From Ruditapes philippinarum (lineage: Eukaryota): a stretch of DNA of 64,000 nucleotides. The position numbers were made by a program, and so were the translations under genes. Below, piece after piece: positions 11,191 through 24,337 of this stretch; position 1 is the first letter of the stretch, and every line of letters begins with the position of its first letter. Under the pieces are notes generated by a model that saw nothing but the letters and a program-made list of their open reading frames with translations, did no database searches and was not told the DNA's origin. Location: NCBI RefSeq assembly GCF_026571515.1, contig NW_026860905.1, positions 1-64,000 of the forward strand, given 5' to 3'.

Positions 11191-14100
11191 ATGATGAACG
11201 CATACAATATGGACGCTTCTAGTCCGCCAATTCTGTTCCATGGTTCCTCAAGACGCAAGGAAAAGGAATTCTGGGAAACAATTAAAAGTCACCTGATATA
11301 CAAAGGTTTGGTTTTTTTTAATGTATAAATCATTAACACATTAAACCAATTTCTTTTTGTTTTTCATAGTACCAAACTGAATTAAGATACAAGGCAGTTT
11401 ATGTGGAAGCAGATACTTAATATTAAAGTCTTCAGATTGTATAACAATTTCATTAACAACGTACCTTGTAACTCTCGAATCAGACAAAATAATATCGGGC
11501 AAAAAATGGCCATAGACAATAACTGGAGAAAGTATGCTGCGTATATGATTCAAACTAGAAATTCGTAGCTCCTTGATTCATTGACCTTAAAATGAACAAG
11601 GATGCGCGACATTCCCCAACAATCAATATGTCATTCTCTATCTTTGACATGAAAGCAGACACTTATTTAGTTACAATTATTAATATATCCAGGCACTGAT
11701 GTTGGAGATTTAAAAGCATCATTTCTTGTTGCCATCATACTATTGTTGTGATACATAACACGTGTTTATGCTTAAAATAAATGATATCATATACCGTAGG
11801 TTTTTATGACAAATTTCCGACTCCAAGACTTTTACGTGAAGCACAAGAAGAGTACAGAAGCATTCACCTGGAACCGCCCCTAGATGCCACAGGCAAACCA
11901 CTCCCATATCCGGCACTTACAAATAAAGCCGAAATCATAAACCGAGATGCCATTGAAACTGTAGACTGTCATGCATTAGGGGTATGTTTTTAATTACGTA
12001 GTTACTTTTACTTTAACTTTTACATTTTATTTAAAGTAAAAACAGTTGACATACTTTTGCTTACAATACTGAATTTGGACAAGATGGGCATGAATGAAGG
12101 GTATCAAACATATAATTGTATAAATACTGTACAAATTTTATTGTACCTAGTATCAAATAAAAAAAAAGATTAAGGATATGCATATAGCTCTCCTTAAAAT
12201 TGGAATATACAAACTGGTAAATGTCATTTGCACTTGTGCTGATTTGTCAACCTTTTATGTATCTTTAAACTGTAAGCCCTTAAGCTTTTGAGTCTATTCT
12301 TTCTTCAATGTATGCTCTTCTAAGCGTATATATGATTAATATAAAATATTTTTCGAAAACTTTTTTTGGGAGGTTAAATTAAATTTTGTTAGAAACTTTT
12401 ATACATATTTTAAATTTGGGTATTATATTTTGACAGGCACCAAGAGTCTTGGCGTATGAAGACATGTACAAACTTGTTAAATACCTGACAGGTGAATGTA
12501 ACAACGATGTAGAGAGACTTCGTGCTATTTTCCGCTGGATAGCTTCACAAAATCTTAAACAGTGGCATGACGAGGTGTCCTTTAACAGGTATAACTTAAT
12601 TTTGTCAAAGTTTACTGTTGAAAGTCATTTATGTATTGATAACATACAATTGAGACAATACATACCCGGTATTATACCCCATAATTTATTGGTATGTTAT
12701 ATAATAGGTTCAAATACCCGATCAAAATGTGTTTATACTTATTTTCGGTTAAACCTAATTGGTAACAGTATATGTCGGTTATGTTTCAGTAGACAATTCC
12801 GTTACGTTTATTCAAGGAATATTTGTCAGTCATAACTAACAACTTATCAACATACTTTGTACTTTGTTATAACTTAATTTCTACTCCTTCGGGATTATAG
12901 ATTCCAGCGCTTTTAAGTGTTGAAAATTGAGTACCACTCAAGCCGGTGCTAGGGTGCGTGAGGGATGTTGCACTTTTTCATTATCTCTCATGTACAGACT
13001 CAATCAAACCGAGTCTGCAATTTTCATGCTTTCGAGGGATCACACTTTACCCATCTTTTTTTGGCATAGATTTTATAACGGCTACTGAATTGTCAAATAA
13101 TGAAACTTATTTTGGTTGATAATATGTAACCGTTATAAAACCATGCATAACTATTTTCAGGGATTCGGCAGCGTATTACCTTGCAAGAATAAGGGCAAAG
13201 AAGGCCAACCATAACCAGCTGCTACAACGCATGTGCAGGTAATAATAATAGTAGATCGATGCAAATTCTCCCTTGAAGTAGTGAATAAAATGTAAACCAA
13301 GATCTTAATAACTTACTATTATACTAAATTTCTTTTTTCTTTATAAATAAATATTGTGAAATGATATTCTTTTTAGAATAAAAGACATCAACTTTTGACT
13401 GCTTACGGACATTTATATATAAATTTTATCTTATCTATCACCAGTTTGGCGAATATTTACTGTGTGAAGATACGCGGTTATGTGAAAGGTGTTGACTATG
13501 GGCTAGGCCACGAGCTAACTGAGTGTGATTCCACGTGGACAGCTGTGCTTGTAGACGGATCTTGGCGCCTTCTCGATGTATACTGGGCCACGTGTCATCG
13601 CGTGCACTCCGGAGATAGTTCATGGGAGCTGATAGATGATGGTCAAAGTGATATCTCATCATTAGCTTCGACACCACGTGGAACTCCAAAAATATCGAAG
13701 ACAGAATACGCCTATAATGACTACTATTTCTTAACAGGTTGTTCTTTATATCATTATAATCAGTTCTCATAATAGCTTCATTTTCCTTTAAACCCTTTCC
13801 CACAAAACCCGGGGTTTGGTTTACCCCTAATCAACGTAAAATTTTGGTTCTGTAACGACGATTTTTTGTTTTAAGTAAATTAATAAATCAATTCGATCAG
13901 TTGTTCATGAATCTACCGTACTATAATTCCAGATCCAGAACAGTTTATCTACTCTCACTTCCCCATCGATGAGAAGTGGCAACTTCTGGCAAGGCCAGTC
14001 ACCCTCGAAGAAGCCAAGCGGATGGCACTGTTAAAGAGGAACTTTTTCAGCATAGGAATGGATATAATTTCACATCCACGTTACGTTATTGAATGCGATA

Positions 14101-17100
14101 ACGGTGAAGTACAGGTTACATTTGCAACTACAAGCGACGTCAAGACGAATTTCAAGTACGAACTTTATGTTGAGTCGGACGGAGGAAGTCTTGAGGAATT
14201 ACACAACCTAAGTTTGGACAGATACGTATTCTTGGAGAAGGTTACAAAGGAAGGCCTTCTAAACGTTAAAATGCGATTTCCTGCGATTGGAAAATACAAG
14301 CTCAAGATTCTTGCCAAGGAATATGACGAGCGATCATTCTATTACACCGTGACGTACATCATTGACGTCTTAAGTCCAATGGATAACTGTCGACCTTTAC
14401 CTAAAAATGAAAGAGGAGAATGGGGTCCTGGTTTGGAAACAGAAGAACTTGGTCTTGAACCAATCACGCACGATTCTGGAGAGGTCCCGACCGATGATGG
14501 AAAGGCTGAAGTAAGATTTGGAATGTCTAAAGCTGTAGAATTTAAACACAAACTTGTTACAGGAGACGATCAAGAACTTGCACACAGAGTTATACATCGA
14601 GTGGAGAATTCCGAAGCTGTTTTTAACATTAGAGTTCCTGATGAAGGCGAATATGCCTTTAACGTGTATGCCCGAGAAGAAGGGGAGAAAGGTGAATACC
14701 CAAATGTGTGTAATTATCTGTTGAAATGTGATGAGGAACCCGAAGATAAACACGCCTTTCCTGACGTAGGTTCGGACAAACTTGGACCAACCCCTGCCTT
14801 TGCAGATTTTGGTATGAAAAATATTTCTATCATGCCTGCCCTGATGTTAGCACCAGTTACTGGGGAAGTCACTTTACAGTTCAAACTGTCTCACGAAGCA
14901 GTCTTTATACCGGAACTATTGTTACACAACGATGATGGGTCCAAGTCGGATTTCTCAGAATACACCATGTGGGATATTTTAGCCGGTGTTGCAACTTTTT
15001 ACATCACCCTTCCTAGAGTGGGAATGTATAGCCTTGCAATAAGGGCTAAGCCATCTGTCGATGCAGAGCATTTTACTCCAGTTTTCCATTCAATTGTAGA
15101 TGCCATCATTCCAAAGAAACAATGCCTGCCTTGTCCACAACAGTCTATTGATTGGCCTGCTGAGTGCCACGTGCTGAAACCACTTACTGGCGTTCTTGCA
15201 GCGCGAGAAATGATTCATTTTGAAATTGATTTTCCAAAAGCATACGAGCTAATTGCAACAAGTGGTAATGGCTCGAAGCTCCTGAAAAGGAACTCGACTG
15301 GCCTATGGGAAGGAGAGGTATTGGCAGGAAACGAGGACTCTGTGGTAACAATATCAGTACGATATAGTGAAAGAGACGAATATCACTATATCCTAACATA
15401 CAAGGTAAATCACTTAACTCTTTACAAGTTAAATTGTATCTTAATCTATAAGGTAAATCACTGTTCATACATTAATATACTTAGTAAACTGAAAATAAGT
15501 GTTGAATTTGGTGAATAGGACATAAAATCTCGTTGCAACTGAATGAATAAATGTATCTGAAGTTACAATTGAATTCATTTTTTTCTTTTAATGAATACGA
15601 AGTGTGCCATAATATGATACTACTGCTGTTTTCATATTTTTCTTATTTAGCACTCTAACGAGTTAATAAACTAATCATCCATCCAAGTCATAAGGATTAT
15701 ATATGATATCCTGACAAGATTGTGTATTTTTTTCAGGTCATAGATAGAGATGAGATTGTAGGTGAGCGACTTCGTCAGTTAGATCGTTACAAAGACGCCG
15801 TGGCGAGGGCTGAAGCAATGCGAGAAGCTGGCAAGTTGCCAATGAACTTTGACTGGTCTAAACTGGAGGATATGAACGATGATGAACTGGAGGAGTTGGT
15901 AAGCTGACGTATTTGCTTCTTTGTAAATGTATAATATATTTTACCTTTGTATGTCTCGTCTAAACATCCCCTCTCATCCTCAATTCATTATAAACATCAT
16001 GCTGAATACTACGCCTGCTTTTTTCTCGCCTTCCTTTTTTCTTGAGATGTTTCTTTTTCACCTTGTTTCATTTTAATGTTTAATTTCACTTCCTTTTTTT
16101 GCAATCCTGATCTCACTACAGAGTTTAAATTTAATGTATGTGCTAATTAATTGTAACTTTCTTAACCATGATAACGTGGAATAAGTTAAATGTAAGAAAC
16201 GAGTCCTAATTCGTAATTATATATTAATTATTGTATTATCACTTAACTTTTGTTCTATTTTGTTAATTTTTAAACTTCTGTGTTAAAAAATTACAATAAT
16301 TTGTGTAATATATGTCTTCTCTAAGATTGAATTGTTAAAAGGTATTTAACACGCTGCTAAATTCTTTTATTTAACACGCTGCTTGTCGTCGCTAAACTTT
16401 CCCGCGTCTGATCAAAATCATGGCTTCTGGCTGCATACAGAAATCATGCAAGTCATTTTATCGTGCAAAACTGTTTCTCTATTTACATAGCTCGGTGTTT
16501 GGGTGAGTATACTATATACTTCTTTCAGTTTGCATCACATTCTTTCCTTGTTTTGTGATATGGTATAAATTATAATTTTACTATCCATCTGACAGCATTT
16601 TTCATTTTTCATACCAGAAAACTCCGTAGTTTCGAAATAGAAAGTTTGATAACATTGTAGATTGTTGAAATATTTATTAAAATATTCTTTCATACTTAAA
16701 GACATATAAAATGTTGGTATACAATATATTGATAGGTTAATATCGAGGGTTCAAAAGTAAAAGGTGCCAACTTCAATTTTTGTCAAAAATGACATTTTGG
16801 TTTTATTTACAAGTATTTGATGCAGTCTTTCATTTGGAAAAAAAACTACTACTAGTTATGTCCATATAAGGGCAAAAATGACAGAAAGTTATTTGGTTGC
16901 CATCTAGTTTCAGATCTAATTTGTACAGGTAAAAGGGTGCCAAGTTCAGTTGGTGTCATCAAAATAACAATTCTTTGCGGTAAAAAGTGCCATCTTTACT
17001 AGGACCCTTTTACAATAATACTTTTGTGCCAACATTTAATAGTTTTATATAACAGGAAAAGGTGCCAACTTTCCTTGGAACATTTTACCGCTAATGTTTA

Positions 17101-20100
17101 CAACTAAACCAGCAATACATACTTATTAAATCATTGTGGAAATCTAATGTCAGAAAGACTGCTAGATCAAAAGGACTTGAATACATTAACAAACATGGAA
17201 AAGCGGTCAAAGAGAGATCAGTCAAAAAAGTAGATTGTTCAAAATGTAGGTTTCAAATGTACAGAGAACATTTCTAAAGAAGAAAGAAAGGATATCTTTT
17301 CAAACATACTGGGCAGTTGGCGATTTATAACAAACAGAGACAGTTCATTTGCAGCAATGTTGAAAACAAAGCTCCTTGAAAAAAGTTCTACAAGTAGAAG
17401 AATAAAGAAAACTGTCTCAAAATTCTTACTTCCTCTCCTCCACTGAAAAGAAAGTGCGGGTGTGCAGAAATTTCTTTATGAAAACGCTTGATATAGGGAA
17501 AAAGACAGTCGAATGCGCAATTAAACAAAAAGAATGTTGGGGGTGTTTGTTGGGACTGACAAAAGAGGAAAAGGATCACCTGCTAATAAGACATCAGTGC
17601 ATTTGAGAAAGAGCACATCGAAAGTTTTCCAACGGTAGATTCTCACTATACCAGAAAAGACACAACCAGAAAGTATTTGCCACCTGATCTAAGCATACGA
17701 AGAATGTATTCATTAAATGCTGACAAATGCAAAGAAATGGTCAAAACTTTGTGTTACAGAAGCAGTTTTACAGAAGTATATTCTGTAGGGAGTACCAACT
17801 TGTCATTCTTCCATCCCAAAAAAAGACCAGTGTCAGGTGTGTAACAATTTATGACAATTTGAAAAGTGAGGGAACTTTTGAACATGGAAACTGAAAACAA
17901 TTATCATGAACACCAAAACAGAAAGCAATTATCAAGGGTCGAAAAGGAAAATGACAAAAAGAAAGCCAAAACTGACCCTTGTTATAATTGTAACTGCATT
18001 CGATCTACAAGCTGTGTTAAACAACACCATGCAGTCTAATTGGGGAGCTCTATTACGAACGCAAACTTTGTTGCTACAATCTTTCCTTTTATGATCTTGG
18101 GAATAAGAACGGTACATGCTACATACGGGATGAAATGCAGGGCAAACGAGGCTCTAGTGAAGTCAGCACATGTCTTTTTCTACATTTGAATTCCATCGTT
18201 AGTAAGTTATCTGGTGTTGAAGAGGTTACACTGTACAGTGACACTTGTGGAGGACAAAAAAACCGAAACCAGTATGTTGCTAGCTGTTTGGTCCACTGCA
18301 TTCAACATCTCAGTGATACTAATCTTAACATCATAAACCAAACATTTTTTAGAGAGTGGCCATTCTGAAATGGAATGTGATTCAATACATGCATCAATTG
18401 AACATGCAAAGAAGTTAACGAAAGTCTATGTTTTCTTCCCAATGGAAAACAGTAGTCAGATTAGCTAGACATAAGCAGCCATATGTAGACGTTCCATTGA
18501 AGTATTTTGATTTCATGGACTTCAAACAATTCAAAAAGAGAAAAACTTTGGGCCAATGAAGACTGATGTAAGTGGAGAAAAGGTGAACTGGTTAAAGATA
18601 AAGTGGATTCAAATTCGTAAAAATTGCCCAGATTGTATTTTTGTATGTCATGATTTTGATCATAGTCGTTTGAGGGAAATAAAGATCACTTCCAAAACAA
18701 GCAGAAGAAAACAGAAAGTACCATTAAGGCAACCTCCACAAGCATATAAAGAGAAACTACCAATATCTGCAGCGAAAAAGACAGAATTGCTTTCGCTAGT
18801 AGCTTCAGGGACAATTCCAAAGGAATATGAGGAGTATTATAAAGCATTGCCTTGTAGCAAAACTGTTAAAGATACGCTTCCCGTTCCATCGGTCAGTGAA
18901 AGTGATGACAGTGATAACTGATGAATTCTGACTGTTGACATTGTTTTGAGTTTAAACAAAAGGAAGCGAATTTGAAAATTTCCAGAAAAGAAACAGCAGT
19001 AACATTATGATTTGGTTGTAACAGAAGAGTGTATGTGTTATTTCAAAGTAACTGTTCATCAGGAGAATAACATATATTTAAAGTGTTGCAATATGCTGTT
19101 TTCATAATGTAAGCTAGAAATTACATGTACGTGTTTATACTAAGAAACCGTTAAGGAAATGGATTTCAGGCTTACACCTTAACATTTTTAAGCCATTAGT
19201 ACTTTAAACAAAATGGTAATGCATTGGTTTTGAATTCCTTCATTTTTAATGTTAGAATATGACATCACAAGCAAAAACTTTAACTGCCTGCACCTTTTCA
19301 GTACTTCTAAGTTCTAAAATCATTGATGTGTGAATGGTTATTGCCATTATAGTTTTGTTGTTACATAAATTTCATTGAAGATGGCTTCTTATTTTGTACA
19401 TAAAATTTTGTTGTACTAGTTACCCATGTTAGTATTTTCAAGTGGGAAAAGGAGCTAACTTCCTTTGACACCTTTTACCCCAGGAGATAGATCACGTTAG
19501 TGCACAAGAAAATATGGGTAAAAGGTGTCATCTGCAGTTGGCACCTTTTCCTTCTTCTGACAAGTACATTTTTAAGTTACTAAGTGTACTTGGCACCTTT
19601 TACCACTAGAGATTCCTTCATGTTAATCTTTTCGCATTTTTTATTTAAAAAAATAAGATGTTTCTCCGACTTCTATTGTGTTAAAACACTAGTTCCACAT
19701 AAATGAGTGATATTTCTAGCAACAGAAAACAAAATCTGTTACAATTTATTTCAGAATAAAAAAATAATTTGAAAATTCACTTTTTGTGATTTTCTCGAAA
19801 TAAGAAAAATGGCAGTTGGCACCTTTTACTTTTGAACCCTCGATATGAAGTTAGGTACATTCTTCACACCTATGGAAAGCTTATCTTATGTAGGACCTAT
19901 ATAAGTGTGATAACAATTACAAATATAATGTACTGTAAATTTTTATCATACTTATATATAGATACATGTAGATACATAGATATATATACATATCAACAAA
20001 TATACAAATCAAATATATATAGTCTGAAGAATACTTAAAGTATGGCATTTGGAATTTAGCCAGTGATTTTATGCATGTGTTTTTTCCTTCTTTTATCGTA

Positions 20101-23100
20101 TGCACTTGGTTCACTTGAAATGTATTTATATCTGGGTATTGGTACTTTGCTATTGTCATATATTTGTCATAATGGTTATGGATGATAAAGAATTACCTGC
20201 ATAGTTTTACAATATATCACTTTTTGTATGTCTATTACACTCATGCATCCATACAATTGATGTCAAGTACAAACATGTATTTAAACAGGTGTACACTCGT
20301 GACACTGTCGCTTTTAAAAACTTTTTTTTTTCAGGAAATCATGTCATAAATTTAAGACATAACGCCATTTTAGTATTATCATAAATACAATAATTTGTAC
20401 TTATAATGAAATCATGTTATTTTAATAATATGTAGATGAAGGTCTTTATATTCTGAAATACTAAAGATGGAATATTATTAAATTGACGTACCAGAAATCT
20501 ATTATAATGTATTTCTTGGAATAATTTCAGGAGAACACGAAATGTACGCAAACTGTGTTAACATTGCTCACTGCCGATCTACAGCTTACCAGCCAATACT
20601 TGTATTACGGGGAGTGATACAGAAATCGGAAAACAAAGTATTCGGATAATAAAGTATTCGGATAAAGAATCTGTATTACTGTGCTTGTGTTAAAACTGTT
20701 ACTAAATGATATTACTGCCATTAGAATCTATGTGATAAAGTTTTGTAACTGATATATGATGATATTATAGACGTGAACCTCTGTGATATGTATGCTTTCA
20801 TAGATAACATTGTATGGACTCGGAGAAATTTCACAGTGTTGTGTAAAATGTAATAGTTTAAGTGTAGCTCTGTTTACTAGATTTATGTTTTTAGCAGGTG
20901 AATTCATTTTAATTGTATTAATGATGAATGTAGAAAATATTGTCAAGAAAATATTGACCAGTAGTTCCATTGGTCAGACAACATGTCCTTGTTATATTAA
21001 AAATACAAACACCTTTTTCTTTATTTCAACATTTAGTTTACGCATTTGACAATATGTACTTTGCCATATTATCATACATTGTAATTAGGTAAAGGTCTTA
21101 GAAAATTCATATTTATTTGATACCTGTATATGCTTTAACGTGTTTTTTCCAATGTGCCAAAGTCATTTATTTTAATTTGTGATCACAACTTTTCGTATGT
21201 ATTTTCTTCAATAAAGTATAATCATTTGACACATATATTTGTTTTTTTTCATAATTTTTGTCAGCATCATGATGACTCATGTTGTTTTTAACATTGAATG
21301 AATATTATGTATCGATTCAAGGGAGCAAAAATGCAACCATAGTAAATAATCTGTTTTTAGATTCAAAAAGTCTTTATTTCAGAGAGACTACAATAATATA
21401 TTTGCTGATCAATTGGCATGAACATTAACTGAAATAAAAAATAAAGTAACTATCAGTTTAGTATAGATTTGCGAATTCAAGTTGAAATATTAGCGAGCGC
21501 GGGAAACGCAACTGGTACCATACATTTATTTGTTTGCTATTTTCCTTTTCTAAACTTGAAAAAGTAAGGACTACAGCATCAATTGTAAAGGATACGTACA
21601 GCATTGATTGTAAACGTAAGTACTCGTATATTTCATTTCTTTATCAAAGTAATTTTCTGATATTGACTTGTTTTAGACACCTGCCAACTGGAATAAGAAC
21701 GTTTGTCGACAGGTATTGTTTGGTTTTGTAACACAATTCATTTGTTTCATGAACATGTAAAGGGCTAAAAATATTGTATAAACCGACCAATTTCCACACT
21801 TGACTCACTTAAAATGTACCTTGTATAGACATATAAATGGCACAACTATATTTGATTCACGCTATCATGTAATATAATAACTGTTAAAATGATTATATTC
21901 ATTATTCATCAAATAAACCCACACATACACCTGTAAACTATATCTAATGTTTTGAAAAAGTTCAACACATGTTTCAATACAATACGAATAATTCCACAGG
22001 AAGTTTGCAATTTAGAATGTTCACGATAACATGAAGATTATTTTAGTGGTAACAGATAACAACAGTGTAGATGGTGCAATGGTTTTCTAACAGGTAGATA
22101 GATAGATACACTAATACCAAGGCTTATAAAACGGAAAGGTAAAATATATTTAGCGTGTATAATATGAAATATATGAATGATTGAGTAAAATAAAGAAGTT
22201 CTGACTTATTAGTACATATATACTTCGAAAATGCAATAGTTCTAACTAACAATAAAGAACAAGAAGTCAATGTTGGTTGGAAATTTGAATCTTTAGTAGA
22301 GAATACATGTATATAGCCTTTTTTTGCAAAAGATAACTTTATTGTCTGAGTCGTTACGTTCATTTTTATTACTTTAAAGTATACAAAATGTATTTATATT
22401 TATTTAGACGTTGTAGTTTGATGAATTGTTCATTTTTATTCGATCAATAGTTATTCGCGGCAAGTAAAACATTTTTTGTTGTGTTATTTTGTAGATTAAA
22501 AGGCTTCTAGCCGCATATATGAGAGAAAATATGCCACACGAACCATCGGAAATAGAGGACAATGTGGCTGATTGTAGCGGTGACGAACTTGGTGAAACAG
22601 TTAGTAGCCAAGGTGAACCAGTTGATATGCCCGCTGATTGTAGCGGTGATGAACAAGTAGCAAGGGACAATGAAGACGAAATGGATTCTCCTCGGAAGCC
22701 CGAGCCCGAATGTGTTGCCAAGAAAGTACCAACATACAAAAATATAAAACCCGAACCAGATATTGTCATCCGAAAAGGACCTGAGTACACAAATATGAAA
22801 CCGGGCCCGGTAAAAATTTCCCCCAAAGCATCCAGGTACTTTTAAAGTCTAGTTATCATACAATTATAGTGAGATTGTTTTTTTCTTTTTCCTCACTCAC
22901 GTATTTGCTGATAATTTGGTAGTGAAACATGTAATCTCTTTGTTAGCATGGTATAATATCATTCAATGGAATAAAAAATTCTATTTCTGTCTATCAATAC
23001 ATAGTTGTGTATCATTTTTATAAATGCGCTTTTAGGCAGCAACGATTTTTTTCTTCATATTATTTGAGTCAAGTTCTATATCATTATAGTTCACGAATGA

Positions 23101-24188
23101 CGATATTTAATTTAAGTGCATTTGTTTTAGTTTTTATATTCAGTATATACAGACAGTATGTGTACACAAAAACGATATCCATTTTCTTTAGATCAAATTA
23201 TTATCAAAATGTAAATGTTTCATAGAAAAATTTATGAAAGAGTTTTCATTCTGCTTATATGTCTAAATGAAGACGCCAGCTAACGTCTTAACATATGTAG
23301 TTACAGTGACATCGATGATTCAGATGACGAGCTAAAGGAACTCGTTGAAAGGAAGAAACGTTTAGAAAGAGAGAAAGAATCCTTGAGTGATGCAAAACTA
23401 CGTAGGCGAGCAGAAAGGGAGAGACTTAAAGCTAAATTGCAGACTGATGTGAACACATTAGAATCCGAGGTTGCCGAACTTTCCGGAAGATATAAAGGTA
23501 AGATTTACTATTCTTTTATGTGTAAATGTTCATAGGATGAAACATGGATATAAAAATGAGTAAATTTGGTATATTTCGACAAAAATCGGCAAATTATGGC
23601 GACTCGTTTACAATTACTTCTGATGATTTTTAATAAATAATAATTGAATTGAACTGTAAAGTGTTTTATTCTGAATTATTTATTATGGAACACATAAACC
23701 TGCAGTGTCCGTTTACAAGAGAACTTTTAAGTGATTCGTATTTAAACGCGGATCAAAATACGGTTCATGTATATTATTATAGATTCTACATATGGTATTG
23801 CAGAATGTTCGGAAATGTAGTGTTAAAAACACTCGACTTAAAATGAGTTTTTATTTCAACACAAGAAGCATATATACAATATCAATAAAAAAGATCAGAT
23901 TTTTGGAAGGAAATTGATGGTTTACAGAAAATGATCAGCATTTTTAAATGGCTTATTTTATCGTTTTGAATAAATTTCAATATGAGGGACACTTTTGCCA
24001 GGAAAAATATTTAGACATAATACAGAACTTTTTCCTTTGCTAATTCCAGTTTTAAAGATTTAAACATTCTTCTGCAGCTTTAGATGTATCTATATTTGAT
24101 AATAGACATTAGGACTTGCACTTGCCTTTTTTCCCTCACATTGATATATATTTATGCATTTATTTTCTTTACAGACCCAAGACGTTAG
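11191..24188 (+). CDS. Kyphoscoliosis peptidase (KY)/hillarin-like protein: transglutaminase-like domain, KY Ig-like repeats, acidic/coiled-coil C-terminus (~1001 aa)
   Basis: Phase-consistent GT-AG exons: 11191-11305 (exon from 11163), 11800-11981, 12437-12588, 13161-13238, 13445-13737, 13933-15404, 15737-15898, 22495-22835, 23301-23497, 24175-24188 (total 3006 nt). Family motifs: RAIFRWI, CVKIRGYVKG, WTAVLVDGSWRLLDVYW, YFLTDPEQFIYSHFP..KWQLL, and repeated P..G.Y.L.I units. Confidence 0.85.
16744..19842 (+). mobile_element. Sola1-type DNA transposon (full length, degenerate) in KY-like intron 7
   Basis: 29-bp perfect TIR CGAGGGTTCAAAAGTAAAAGGTGCCAACT, 4-bp TSD ATAT (AWWT), and several subterminal AAAAGGTGCCA motifs at both ends. 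Encloses a frameshifted transposase. Confidence 0.85.
17146..18921 (+). pseudogene. Frameshifted Sola1-like DDD transposase
   Basis: Fragments across frames: SHYTRKDT, FDLQAVL, LYSDTCGGQ(K)NRN, GHSEMECDSIHASIE, C-terminal ISAAKKTELL...YYKAL. Start boundary approximate. Confidence 0.8.
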
Positions 24189-24337
24189 TATATACTTATT
24201 GATTCGATGAACCTCAGTACTTCAAACTGTCGATAAGTAAGGAATATGCGAATTATTACAAACAATGATTACGTCAGATATAAACAAAACAGACATACAT
24301 TAAAGACTGTAACGCGATCTCAACAAAGACATTCGTG

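Noticed and set aside
14342-15468. Antisense ORFs over the large KY-like exon
   Set aside because: Shadow frames of the real coding exon with no independent features.
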